Positions 9,284-19,215 of a stretch of DNA of 64,000 nt are shown here, one piece after another. Where the stretch lies: the NCBI GenBank assembly GCA_963668675.2, contig CAXXMB010000001.1:832001-896000 (forward strand). The letters are read 5' to 3'. Source of the stretch: an uncultured Desulfatitalea sp. (lineage in GTDB: Bacteria > Desulfobacterota > Desulfobacteria > Desulfobacterales > Desulfosarcinaceae). Under the pieces are notes generated by a model. The model had not been told where the DNA came from. It saw only the letters and a program-made list of their open reading frames with translations, and searched no databases. A program made the translations under genes and the position numbers. How positions within the stretch are numbered: the first letter of the stretch is position 1; every line of letters starts with the position of its first letter.

Positions 9284-12200
9284 ATGAACAGAGACAACCA
9301 CCAACAAGCTCCGGTGGCCATCATCGGAATTGGCTGCATGTTCGCCCAATCACCCGATCAGAAATCATTCCTGAATTTGCTTTTGCGCGGTGTAGATGCC
9401 ATCTCCGATCCGCCGGCTACGCATCAGTTTCTCAATGACTATCTGGATTCCGATCCCAAACGGCCAGATCATATTTACTGTAACCGGGGCGGTTACCTTC
9501 CCTCAGTCAACTTCGATCCTTCGGAGTTTGGCATCCCCCCTACAGCCCTTGAAGCGACCGACACCTCACAACTTCTTGGTCTGGTAGTGGCCAAGCAAGC
9601 ACTGTCAGATGCCGGTTACGGTAGCGACGGCCGGACATTCAATCGCGAAAAAACAAGCGTCATACTCGGGGTAACCGGCACCCAGGAGTTGGTCATTCCG
9701 CTGGGCGCGAGGCTTGGACATCCGTTATGGCGTCGAGCCCTGGCCGATGCCGGTGTTCCGGAGCGGACCGCTGAAGATGTGATTCAGAGGATCAGCGAAG
9801 GTTATGTGCCCTGGCAAGAGAGCTCTTTTCCGGGTCTCTTGGGGAATGTTGTTGCCGGTCGTATCGCCAACCGGCTTGATCTGGGCGGAACCAACTGCGT
9901 GGTGGATGCCGCCTGTGCCAGCTCCATGAGCGCCATCCACATGGCCCTCCTGGAACTCACCTCAGGGCGATCGGACATGGCGCTTGCCGGGGGTGTCGAT
10001 ACCATCAACGACGCCTTCATGCATATGTGTTTTTCCAAAACCCAGATTCTTTCCAAAAGCGGAAATATCAGGCCCTTTTCAAAAAATGCCGACGGCACGG
10101 TCCTTGGTGAGGGCGTTGGCATGCTCGTGTTAAAGCGGTTGGAGGACGCCCAGCGCGATAAAGATCGCATATACGCCGTGATCAGGGGCTTGGGGTCGGG
10201 CAGTGACGGCAAATCCCAAAGCATCTATGCGCCTAGAAAGAGCGGCCAGGAGAGAGCTCTCAACCGAGCGTACAAACATGCCGGCGTCACACCTGAAAGC
10301 ATCGGGATGGTTGAAGCCCACGGGACGGGAACCAGGGTCGGTGACCAAGTGGAGTTCAAAGCCCTGTGCGAGGTGTTTCGAAAAAGCTCCTCCAAAGGTG
10401 AGCGCTGCGCTTTAGGCTCGGTCAAATCCAATATCGGTCATACCAAGGCGGCTGCCGGAACGGCCGGTTTGATTAAAACCGCCCTCTCCCTCTATCACAA
10501 GGTGCTGTTGCCTACGCTCAAGGCCGATCCCGCAGACCCCAATCTGGATGTCGACAACAGCCCCTTCTTCATCAACCATCAGCTGCAGCCATGGCTCTCG
10601 GATGGCGATCGCGTACGGCGTGCCGGCGTCAGCGCGTTTGGTTTTGGCGGCAGCAATTTCCATGCGGTTCTGGAGGAGCATCAACCCGAAAAAGCTGAGC
10701 CCACTTGGGACGGCACCGTCGAAATTGCTGCCTTTTCAGCCGAAAGCAAAGCGTTTCTCATCGCTGCTTTGGACCATTGGTCTGAACAGATTTCCGAATG
10801 CCATGAGAGAGACGATGTGGCCCGGCTGGCCGCACAGAGCCGCCTGAGCTTCGATCCTAAACAGTCCTGGCGTCTGACAATGGTCTTCGATCCGCGAGGC
10901 GAAGAGCAGGTGATGGTGCAGTGGTACCATGACGCCAAAACGAAACTGGAAGCCTTTGAGGAAGGTGATGCAGCAGTCTCGTTGGACGGCATCTATATCA
11001 GTACTGGAGATTCCCGGGGTAGAATGGCATTCCTCTTCCCAGGACAAGGCAGCCAATATGTCGGCATGGGACGTGATCTCATCTGCTGCTTTCCCGAGTG
11101 CCTGCAGATCCTCCAGGAGGCCGATAGCGCTGTACGGAGCGAGCTTCCGCTCAGCAGGTATCTCTACCCCAGGATGGACGATGGGCCTTCGGCCGCAGAA
11201 GATCGGCTGAGAAGCACCGATATCGCCCAGCCGGCCATCGGCGCTGTCACAGCAGCGATGCTGGCGTTGCTCAAATCGTTTGGTATCGAACCGGATGCCG
11301 TATGTGGACACAGTTATGGCGAGTTGGCGGCCTTATATGCCGCAGGGCGGATAGACCGTAGCGCACTCTGGCAATTGTCGGAAGCCCGGGGCAGACTGAT
11401 GGCCCAGGCCGGGCAGCGCGGGCAGAAGGAAGATGCCGGCAGCATGCTGGCGGTCATTGCCCCCATCGACGAGCTGGATCGCATGGCGGATGATTTGCCG
11501 GATGGCATCGTCCTGGCCAATCGCAACACCCCGCACCAGGGCGTTTTGTCCGGCCCCACGCCAGCGATAGAGGCCGCAGAGCGTCTTTGCAAGGAGAAGG
11601 GCCACCGTTGTGTACGGCTGCCGGTGGCAGGGGCTTTTCACAGCCATCTGGTTTCCGAAGCTCGCAAACCTTTTCAAAAGACAGTCGGGAAGGTGCCCTT
11701 CGCCGATAACACATGCGTGGCCGTCATGAGCAACAGCTTGGGGGGTAAATACCCTGAGCAAGCCGATCGTGCCAAAAAGGTGCTGGCCGAACAGTTGGCC
11801 CTTCCTGTTGATTTCATATCCAACATCGAGGGTCTTTACGCTGACGGTGTTCGAACGTTTGTGGAGGTCGGCCCCAAAGCGGTGCTGAGCCGTATGGTGG
11901 AGAAGATTCTCGATGCTTCCCCATTTTACTCCCTGGCTCTGGACCGTTCGGCAGGGCGTTCATATGGTTTGAACGATCTGGCTCAGACGCTGGCCCAACT
12001 GGCCGCCTTGGGCTTTCCGGTTCTGTTGCAGCGCTGGGAGAAGTTGTCGCCGGAGACAGCACGAAAAAGAATGCGCATCTCCCTGTCCGGCACAAACTAT
12101 AAAACATCACGCCCTGTGCGGCCGCCAGCAGCGCCGTTAAGGGAGCATCGACCGGCGCCAAGCGGCACAAATGCCGTAGGGCGTGAACCGACCCATTCAA

Positions 12201-15200
12201 GTAACCCACAAAAGACGACCGTTGCTCAAGTGTCCCTGCCCCGAACAAGCAAGAGCAAATCTGCAGTAAATGGTCGATCAGAGTCTGGCGCTATGGATCC
12301 CAAGAGAAGAGACTATTTGAATCACACCCTGGCCACCGTGCAGCAAGGGCTTACGTCCATGCAGGCGCTGCAGGCCCAGACCACGCAGGCCCATCAGAAA
12401 TACCTGGAAGCGCAGGCCGAAGCCAGCAGGACCCTTCAGCAGATGATGCGGAGCACACAACAGCTTGCGGCCACAGCCATGGGAGATGGTGCGATGGTGC
12501 CGATGTCGGATAGCCTGTCCGGGATCGACGCATCTATGGCCCAACCACACTTTGTCCCGACCTCTCCTCCGGAGCCGGATGACGCTGCTTCCGCCAACAC
12601 TCCCGCAGTCCAGCCTGGCGTAACTTCCGGTGTGTCCCGTCAACAGACAGCCGGGCAGTCGTGTGAAACCAAAAAGGAGCCGGCTCCCGAAAGATCGAGC
12701 ACGCAGCAAATATCCATCCGCAAGGCGTTGGTCGACATTGTCGGTGAGCTGACCGGTTATCCCGAAGAGATGCTGGGCATGGAGATGGACATCGAGGCCG
12801 ATTTAGGCATCGACTCGATCAAGCGTGTCGAGATCCTGTCGGCCATGGAAGACCGGATGCCCGACCTTCCAAAGGTGACCCCCGATATGGTCGGCACCCT
12901 CAAGACGCTTGGCCAACTGTGCGATTATCTGGCTTCGCAACAGGGTATTTCAAAAACCGCTGGCAGCGATGTGGAGACTGCGCAGATCGCATCCGGGTCG
13001 GAAAGCAACGAAGCGATCCTCAAAGCGTTGGTCGACATTGTCGGTGAGCTGACCGGTTATCCCGAAGAGATGCTGGGCATGGAGATGGACATCGAGGCCG
13101 ATTTAGGCATCGACTCGATCAAGCGTGTCGAGATCCTGTCGGCCATGGAAGACCGGATGCCCGACCTTCCAAAGGTGACCCCCGATATGGTCGGCACCCT
13201 CAAGACGCTTGGCCAACTGTGCGATTATCTGGCTTCGCAACAGGGTATTTCAAAAACCGCTGGCAGCGATGTGGAGACTGCGCAGATCGCATCCGGGTCG
13301 GAAAGCAACGAAGCGATCCGCAAAGCGTTGGTCGACATTGTCGGTGAGCTGACCGGTTATCCCGAAGAGATGCTGGGCATGGAGATGGACATCGAGGCCG
13401 ATTTAGGCATCGACTCGATCAAGCGTGTCGAGATCCTGTCGGCCATGGAAGACCGGATGCCCGACCTTCCAAAGGTGACCCCCGATATGGTCGGCACCCT
13501 CAAGACGCTTGGCCAACTGTGCAGGTATTTAGCAGGGCCGACTGCCGATGAGACCGTGGTAACCGGCGCAAAAATAACGGATCCCGAGCAGCCGCCTTTG
13601 GCTTCAGCGTCAACGCCCCTTGCCAGGTACCATATCCGGGTGGCTGACCGTCCCTTAAACAGATTGAAAAAAAGCCGGACGCCCGGCACCCACCAGATTG
13701 GCCTGGTGGCAGCCGATGATCCATTTGGCAATGCGCTGCAGCATGCGATTGCCGCAGCAGATATGGGCATCATCCGTTTGCGTGAGCCCTGCGAAATCAC
13801 GCCGCAGACCAAACTGGCGGGGCTTGTGATTGCAGCCCCCATCGAACCGGCTCTCGCCTTTCAATGGGCACAGGCCTGCGCCCCCGCTCTTAACGAAGCG
13901 GTACAGGCGGGCTGTGATCCATGCTTTTATACTGTCACACAGTTGGATGGCGCCTTCGGCTTCGGTGGTGCGCGCTTGAGTGATCCTGAGCAGGGAGCGC
14001 TGGCCGGCCTGGTGAAGACGGCGTCACTGGAGTGGCCCGACATACGATGCGCCGCCATCGATATCGATCCCCGTTGGGGTGATGTTACGGCTGCTGCCGA
14101 TGCCGTTCTCTCTGAAATAAAATACGGTGCAGGTGAAGCGGCTGTCGAAATCGGACTCGGTCAGGGTGCTCGCATCGGACTGGAGATGGCACCTACCGCA
14201 CCGGCACGAACGGAGCAACTCAAGCTGCGTGCCGAAGATGTGGTTGTGGTAACCGGAGGCGCACGAGGTGTCACGGCCGCTGCGGCGACCGCTCTGGTAA
14301 AACATACACCTTGTCACCTTGTGCTGCTTGGCAGATCGCCCCAGCCGGTATCCGAGCCGGAGTGGCTGAACGGTATCAGCGAAGAGGCAGCTCTTAAAAA
14401 AGCGATCCTATCGCACGCGCCGAAAGAGACCCCGCTCACCCCGAAAGCGCTTGAAAAGAGCTATCGTCAATGGATGGCCAATCGCCAGGTAACGTCCACC
14501 ATTTCAGACATAAAGGCCTGCGGTTGCGATGTGACCTACTTCAGCCTCGACGTAAGGGACAGCGAGGCCGTAAGCGAAACCATGGCCACGATCAGAAGGA
14601 AAATCGGAAAAATCAAGGCGGTCATCCACGGTGCCGGTATTCTCGAAGACCGCTTGATTACAGACAAGAAAATATCTCAATTTATAACGGTTTACGATAC
14701 AAAAGTTAAAGGGTTGAAATCGATTCTTGAGGCCACCCGAAAAGATGAGTTGGCCTATCTGGTGCTCTTCTCTTCGATCAGTGCGCGAATGGGCAACACC
14801 GGCCAGTCAGACTACGCCATGGCCAACGAAGCGCTCAACAAGATCGCCATAGCTCAAAGTCGACAGAGGGCCGACTGTAAAGTGGTCGCCATCAATTGGG
14901 GACCTTGGGACGGCGGCATGGTGACCCCCCCATTGAAACGCGTCTTCCAAGGCGCCGGCATCTCCCTGATATCACTTCACGCCGGCGCGGAGGCGATGGT
15001 GGCCGAAATGAGCCAACCGCTCACTGGGCCTGTGGAGGTGGTGCTGGGCGGCCAACTACCCTCGTCCTCAAGTCAACCGCGAGAGGATCAGGCAGAGATC
15101 GCAGTCGCATTATGCGATTCAGCCCCAGAGATGGCATTGGCGGCCAGGCGTGAGATCAATGTGGGGCACTATCCGATCTTGAAATCCCATCAACTTGACG

Positions 15201-15979
15201 GCCGCCCCGTGGTCCCCTTTGCACTGATCACCGAGTGGCTGGCCCACGGCGCACTGCATGCCAACCCTGGATTAAGCCTTTACGGCATCGACAACCTTCG
15301 ACTCTTCAAGGGGATCGTTCTCGATGAATCATCGAAACCGATCCACCTGATGGCTGCGAACCCCAAACGGCGTGACGACCTGTATGAAGTGAATGTGGAG
15401 GTGCGCGACGGCAAACAGGATGGGACCTGTCAGATTCACTCAAGCGCGACAGCCCTTCTGACAGATCGTTTTCCAGCGCCACCAGCGTTCGAAGAGAATG
15501 GCCATTTCAAAGCCACCGCCTACCCTCGCAGCCTCAATGAGGTGTATGAAAATATCCTTTTCCACGGTGACGCCCTGCGAGGCATCGAAAAGATCATTCA
15601 TCTGTCGGATAAAGGGTTGACCGCCGAAGTCCGTTCGGCGCCCTCCCCGGACCAGTGGCTCAGGGAGCCGATGAGAAGCCGGTGGATTGCAGATCCGCTC
15701 GTGATGGATTGTGCTTTTCAAATGGCCATCATCTGGTGTTACGAACATCAGCGTATGGTGTCATTGCCAAGCTATGCCGCTTCGTATCGCCAGTACCGGG
15801 ACCGCTTCCCGGACCGTGGCGTAAAGGCTGTTCTGGATGTGATCAGTGCAACGGATCGAAAGTTAACGGCCGATTTCACCTTTCTCGATGAGGAGAAAAA
15901 GGTGATCGCATGTATGACCGGTTATGAAGCGGTTATGGATCAGCGGCTGTTCAAAGCATTCGGGGTGAAAGCCGCCTAG
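9284..15979 (+). CDS. pfaA: PfaA-like iterative type I FAS/PKS: KS-MAT-ACPx3-KR-DH
   Basis: KS DAACAS/HGTGT/GH; AT FPGQGSQ, GHSYG, AFHS; three LGIDSIKRVE ACPs; KR VTGGARGV and YAMAN; DH HQLDGRPVVP and DCAFQ. Confidence 0.93.
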   Translation: MNRDNHQQAPVAIIGIGCMFAQSPDQKSFLNLLLRGVDAISDPPATHQFLNDYLDSDPKRPDHIYCNRGGYLPSVNFDPSEFGIPPTALEATDTSQLLGLVVAKQALSDAGYGSDGRTFNREKTSVILGVTGTQELVIPLGARLGHPLWRRALADAGVPERTAEDVIQRISEGYVPWQESSFPGLLGNVVAGRIANRLDLGGTNCVVDAACASSMSAIHMALLELTSGRSDMALAGGVDTINDAFMHMCFSKTQILSKSGNIRPFSKNADGTVLGEGVGMLVLKRLEDAQRDKDRIYAVIRGLGSGSDGKSQSIYAPRKSGQERALNRAYKHAGVTPESIGMVEAHGTGTRVGDQVEFKALCEVFRKSSSKGERCALGSVKSNIGHTKAAAGTAGLIKTALSLYHKVLLPTLKADPADPNLDVDNSPFFINHQLQPWLSDGDRVRRAGVSAFGFGGSNFHAVLEEHQPEKAEPTWDGTVEIAAFSAESKAFLIAALDHWSEQISECHERDDVARLAAQSRLSFDPKQSWRLTMVFDPRGEEQVMVQWYHDAKTKLEAFEEGDAAVSLDGIYISTGDSRGRMAFLFPGQGSQYVGMGRDLICCFPECLQILQEADSAVRSELPLSRYLYPRMDDGPSAAEDRLRSTDIAQPAIGAVTAAMLALLKSFGIEPDAVCGHSYGELAALYAAGRIDRSALWQLSEARGRLMAQAGQRGQKEDAGSMLAVIAPIDELDRMADDLPDGIVLANRNTPHQGVLSGPTPAIEAAERLCKEKGHRCVRLPVAGAFHSHLVSEARKPFQKTVGKVPFADNTCVAVMSNSLGGKYPEQADRAKKVLAEQLALPVDFISNIEGLYADGVRTFVEVGPKAVLSRMVEKILDASPFYSLALDRSAGRSYGLNDLAQTLAQLAALGFPVLLQRWEKLSPETARKRMRISLSGTNYKTSRPVRPPAAPLREHRPAPSGTNAVGREPTHSSNPQKTTVAQVSLPRTSKSKSAVNGRSESGAMDPKRRDYLNHTLATVQQGLTSMQALQAQTTQAHQKYLEAQAEASRTLQQMMRSTQQLAATAMGDGAMVPMSDSLSGIDASMAQPHFVPTSPPEPDDAASANTPAVQPGVTSGVSRQQTAGQSCETKKEPAPERSSTQQISIRKALVDIVGELTGYPEEMLGMEMDIEADLGIDSIKRVEILSAMEDRMPDLPKVTPDMVGTLKTLGQLCDYLASQQGISKTAGSDVETAQIASGSESNEAILKALVDIVGELTGYPEEMLGMEMDIEADLGIDSIKRVEILSAMEDRMPDLPKVTPDMVGTLKTLGQLCDYLASQQGISKTAGSDVETAQIASGSESNEAIRKALVDIVGELTGYPEEMLGMEMDIEADLGIDSIKRVEILSAMEDRMPDLPKVTPDMVGTLKTLGQLCRYLAGPTADETVVTGAKITDPEQPPLASASTPLARYHIRVADRPLNRLKKSRTPGTHQIGLVAADDPFGNALQHAIAAADMGIIRLREPCEITPQTKLAGLVIAAPIEPALAFQWAQACAPALNEAVQAGCDPCFYTVTQLDGAFGFGGARLSDPEQGALAGLVKTASLEWPDIRCAAIDIDPRWGDVTAAADAVLSEIKYGAGEAAVEIGLGQGARIGLEMAPTAPARTEQLKLRAEDVVVVTGGARGVTAAAATALVKHTPCHLVLLGRSPQPVSEPEWLNGISEEAALKKAILSHAPKETPLTPKALEKSYRQWMANRQVTSTISDIKACGCDVTYFSLDVRDSEAVSETMATIRRKIGKIKAVIHGAGILEDRLITDKKISQFITVYDTKVKGLKSILEATRKDELAYLVLFSSISARMGNTGQSDYAMANEALNKIAIAQSRQRADCKVVAINWGPWDGGMVTPPLKRVFQGAGISLISLHAGAEAMVAEMSQPLTGPVEVVLGGQLPSSSSQPREDQAEIAVALCDSAPEMALAARREINVGHYPILKSHQLDGRPVVPFALITEWLAHGALHANPGLSLYGIDNLRLFKGIVLDESSKPIHLMAANPKRRDDLYEVNVEVRDGKQDGTCQIHSSATALLTDRFPAPPAFEENGHFKATAYPRSLNEVYENILFHGDALRGIEKIIHLSDKGLTAEVRSAPSPDQWLREPMRSRWIADPLVMDCAFQMAIIWCYEHQRMVSLPSYAASYRQYRDRFPDRGVKAVLDVISATDRKLTADFTFLDEEKKVIACMTGYEAVMDQRLFKAFGVKAA
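12716..13522 (+). repeat. About 2.7 copies of a near-identical 300-bp ACP-plus-linker repeat
   Basis: Lines starting at 12721, 13021 and 13321 match with a period of exactly 300 bp. The only differences seen are at the unit boundary (atccg/atcct, caagg/caaag). Confidence 0.97.
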
Positions 15980-16006
15980 CGGGCGAGGCAGTGGCAGGGA
16001 TTGCCT

Positions 16007-16627
16007 CTACAGAGATCTCTCAGTCATTGCCTGTCGCTTGATGCGCAACAGACCGGGGCTGGTGTTGATGTACATAAGCGACGACCGGCATCCGCGCTCC
16101 ATGAAGAGGACTTCCAGGCGGTCAAAGAGCACCGGCCGGTCCGGCCAGCGAAATGCCTGGGCACGTCGCTTCAATTCATCCCACTTTTTCTCACAGACCC
16201 TCTCTTTGGAAAACACATCCTGCTGCACTTGGTCGCACAAAAACATGGCGCACATCAACGGACGTACCTGCCAACAGCAACCATCAATTCCCAGATAAGT
16301 GCATTTATGCTCGAAGGCAGGCGAATTCAACGCCTCCTGCAACCGCGATAGCGCCGATCCACTCGAGCAGCACACATTGACCACCACATCTGCCCAGAAG
16401 GTGATAATGCCGTCCTTGCTGCAACAGGCACTTCGCCGGTTGGTATAGCAGCTGCGTGTGCAGTGAGCGCTGAAATGGGCATCCAGGAAACGATCCACCT
16501 CTTTTCGAAAGGCCAGATAAGGGCCCAACTCATCGTTCAAGGCCTGGCGCTGGTCGTTACTCAGAAGCCCAAGCTGTTCGATGACAAGTGTAAGCGCATC
16601 CCCTTGTTCTCGCTGGTATTCGTTCAT
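16007..16627 (-). CDS. Cys-rich hypothetical protein, YkgJ/CxxCxxCC-like putative metal or Fe-S binding
   Basis: CTRSC..SACC...CTYLG.DGC.WQVRPLMCAMFLC pattern. Start taken at MNEYQ. Confidence 0.65.
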   Translation of the reverse strand: MNEYQREQGDALTLVIEQLGLLSNDQRQALNDELGPYLAFRKEVDRFLDAHFSAHCTRSCYTNRRSACCSKDGIITFWADVVVNVCCSSGSALSRLQEALNSPAFEHKCTYLGIDGCCWQVRPLMCAMFLCDQVQQDVFSKERVCEKKWDELKRRAQAFRWPDRPVLFDRLEVLFMERGCRSSLMYINTSPGLLRIKRQAMTERSL

Positions 16628-16878
16628 ATAGTTCGTCTTTCGTTGCTTCGATAGATTCGTATAGGGAATATTATAGCATGTAATTTCAATATGCTTTTTA
16701 TTGAAAAGCTTTTCCCTTGACAATCGAAAGCGGCCTGTTACAAAGAACCATTCCCGAGGCTTTTCGGCATCACCCGGGTGTTGCTTAAAAGATACACCGG
16801 CTGATATCCGTTAAGTCGATCGATTTGAGCCGCATAACCATCTGGAATTCAATCTGCATTTGAAATCGGGAGCCAATC

Positions 16879-18195
16879 ATGAACGAACAGGCCGAAACCC
16901 CAATCCATCCTCTGAATGCCATTTCCGGACAGTTCAAATCTTCGGACACGGGGTCAGATCGGGGCGACGATCGTCAGCCATCTGATGTTGAAACAACAGC
17001 CCCCTCCCTCTCACTGCTTAAGCTCTCCTCGCCTGCCTTGCTGATTGACCAGACACTGCAGGTCATTTGGCAAAACAGCGCTGCCTGCAAAGTACTTTGG
17101 CATATAGACGATGCCCCTCTGGTTTCATCACAGACGCAGTCTATTTTCGATCTGCTGTTCAAGAAAGGGGTTTTTGAACAAACCGATCGCTGGAAAGAGT
17201 GGCTCGTTTTCTTCCTCGTCCAGGCCAGACAACTGACCAGCGTCCAAGAAGTGGGACGACAGATAGAGGATCTGCCGGACGAACAGCGCCAGATAGTACA
17301 AGCCGCACTCAATGGGCTTGAAAAAAAGATTGATACACCGCGATTCACTGGCAACGCATATGGTACGTTGCAAGATGGCCATGGAGCCGTTTTCGATGCC
17401 GTTGTCACGCGATTTGAAGCAAATACCCTCATGGTTTTTGAAGCGCGACATCCTGTCGGTGTCGGTCCCGGTGTAATGTCAGCAAGAGAGGATAGTAGGC
17501 GTTCGGAACTGGCCCGGAGCCTCTCCCAGGCCGCAAAGAGTGAGATCTCCGTTCTCTCTGCGGAACTCAACGATGCCGGCACCCTTCGGGCAGAGATGCT
17601 CGATGAAGAGTTCAGCCGTCTGTTTCTGCGCGTTTGGGAAATCACAGCAGAGACCATCGAGGCGTTTGGCGGTGTCGTCAGCCAATCCAGCGGCACTGGT
17701 ATTTTGGGTTATTTTTTGCCTGGTGACGACAACGGAAATCGATCCCTGGGTGCCATTCAATGTGCACTGGAGCTGAAACGAAAGATGTCTGAATTGGGGC
17801 GCGAATGGAAGATTCGAAAAGGATGGCTCCACGATATCGAGCTCAATATGGGCATTCATACCGGCGTTGAATATATGGCATCCGTTCCCACGATCATGGG
17901 AGATCACCTGCTGACGTTGGGTGAGACGTTGGATGTTGCCAAACACCTCTCCCAAATTGCGTCCGGCGGCCAGATTTGGACGACCAAAACAATGATCCAT
18001 CGCGTTCCTGAAGGTGAGTTGAAATCGCTTCGCTTCGGGATTTTTCGTTCCGACAGCCATCGCCAGATGTTTGTTGCCAGATGTTTTTCACGAATAAGGG
18101 ATCTTGCCGCGGCGGAAAGTCCAGCGCTCCATCTGGATGAAGAGATGGGGGCCTGCGCCGTAACCCAGGTGTTTGACCGCCAGGGGCATGGATAA
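16879..18195 (+). CDS. PAS-like domain plus degenerate class III adenylate/guanylate cyclase domain
   Basis: Cyclase scaffold (AIQCALEL, LNMGIHTG, GGQIW) but catalytic residues substituted. GGAG RBS. Confidence 0.75.
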   Translation: MNEQAETPIHPLNAISGQFKSSDTGSDRGDDRQPSDVETTAPSLSLLKLSSPALLIDQTLQVIWQNSAACKVLWHIDDAPLVSSQTQSIFDLLFKKGVFEQTDRWKEWLVFFLVQARQLTSVQEVGRQIEDLPDEQRQIVQAALNGLEKKIDTPRFTGNAYGTLQDGHGAVFDAVVTRFEANTLMVFEARHPVGVGPGVMSAREDSRRSELARSLSQAAKSEISVLSAELNDAGTLRAEMLDEEFSRLFLRVWEITAETIEAFGGVVSQSSGTGILGYFLPGDDNGNRSLGAIQCALELKRKMSELGREWKIRKGWLHDIELNMGIHTGVEYMASVPTIMGDHLLTLGETLDVAKHLSQIASGGQIWTTKTMIHRVPEGELKSLRFGIFRSDSHRQMFVARCFSRIRDLAAAESPALHLDEEMGACAVTQVFDRQGHG

Positions 18196-18201
18196 GTACA
18201 A

Positions 18202-19143
18202 TCATTCATCGAGCTCTACGAGCTCTAATACGTTGACGCGATTGCGCCCCTCCCTCTTGGATTGATAGAGCTGTTCGTCAGCTTGGTTGATCAACTGCTC
18301 CATGGAGATTGCCGGATTATCCATCTTTGCACAGGCGCCTCCAAAGCTTGCGGTCACCTGAATCTTTTGCCCCTCATACTCGACCTCCAGGTTTGAAATG
18401 GCGTTCCGGAGCCTTTCGGATAGCGTACGGGTTCCAAAGCTGTCGGTTTCAGGCAGGATGATCAGAAACTCCTCACCGCCGTATCGCACCACCCAATCTA
18501 TTTTTTCACGCACCTGCATGGTCAGGCAGTTGCCGACCAGCTTCAAGACAAGATCGCCGGCCTGGTGCCCGTAGGTATCATTGATCCTCTTGAAATGGTC
18601 GATATCGCTGATGACCACCGAAAGAGAGTGTTTGTATCGCCGGGCACGGCTGAACTCCTGCGGATAGCGCTCATTAAGATATGTCCTGTTGAAGCAGCCC
18701 GTTAAGGGGTCCGTAATCGAAAGCAGGCGAATCTCTTTGTTTGCGTTGAGAAGCGATTGCTCCAATTTGAGAATACGGATCCCCGTATTGATTCTGGCAA
18801 GCAGTTCAGCCGAGTGGATCGGTTTGGTAAGGTAGTCGTCTGCTCCGGATTCCAGCCCGGATACGATATCGGTCTTGGAGTCACGGGCCGTAATCAGGAT
18901 GATGAAGACATAGCCATCCATCTTGCGGTCCCGAATATTGCGGCAAAGTTCGGGCCCGTCCATCTCGGGCATCATCCAGTCGGTCAGAACGATGGGGTAA
19001 AACTGTTGGTCCAGCAGCGAAATCGCCTCTTTTCCGTTTCCAGCAGAGGTGACTTCAAAACCTGCTTTTTTCAGGTACCTTTCTATCAGTGCACGAGATA
19101 CGACATCATCATCCACAACCATGATAGGGAAACCGGTATCCAT
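18202..19143 (-). CDS. Response-regulator diguanylate cyclase (REC-GGDEF)
   Basis: VVDDD, TDWMMPEMDG and KP receiver motifs; DIDHFKRINDTYGH and RYGGEEF. Confidence 0.93.
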   Translation of the reverse strand: MDTGFPIMVVDDDVVSRALIERYLKKAGFEVTSAGNGKEAISLLDQQFYPIVLTDWMMPEMDGPELCRNIRDRKMDGYVFIILITARDSKTDIVSGLESGADDYLTKPIHSAELLARINTGIRILKLEQSLLNANKEIRLLSITDPLTGCFNRTYLNERYPQEFSRARRYKHSLSVVISDIDHFKRINDTYGHQAGDLVLKLVGNCLTMQVREKIDWVVRYGGEEFLIILPETDSFGTRTLSERLRNAISNLEVEYEGQKIQVTASFGGACAKMDNPAISMEQLINQADEQLYQSKREGRNRVNVLELVELDE

Positions 19144-19188
19144 CAACCCACCTTTTCGTATCAATCCGCGTCAGCTGTTTCATTTGGA

Positions 19189-19215
19189 ATTTCGGCTTTT
19201 TGAGGTATTTCTTTA
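19189..19215 (-). promoter_or_regulatory. Sigma-28 (FliA)-type promoter of the diguanylate cyclase gene
   Basis: TAAAG-N14-GCCGAAAT about 45 nt upstream of the ATG. Confidence 0.65.

Noticed and set aside
12716..13522. Repeat as CRISPR or mobile element
   Set aside because: It is an in-frame 300-bp coding repeat of ACP domains with no spacers or terminal repeats.
15985..16007. GAGGC...GATTGCCTC hairpin, with a similar stem at 30335-30366, as a REP-like family
   Set aside because: Only two short copies with unrelated loops. More likely ordinary hairpins between convergent genes.
16786..16814. Sigma-28-like motif upstream of the pseudo-cyclase
   Set aside because: Spacing is off by one and the -10 has two mismatches. 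A sigma-70-like TTGACA at 16717 is an alternative.
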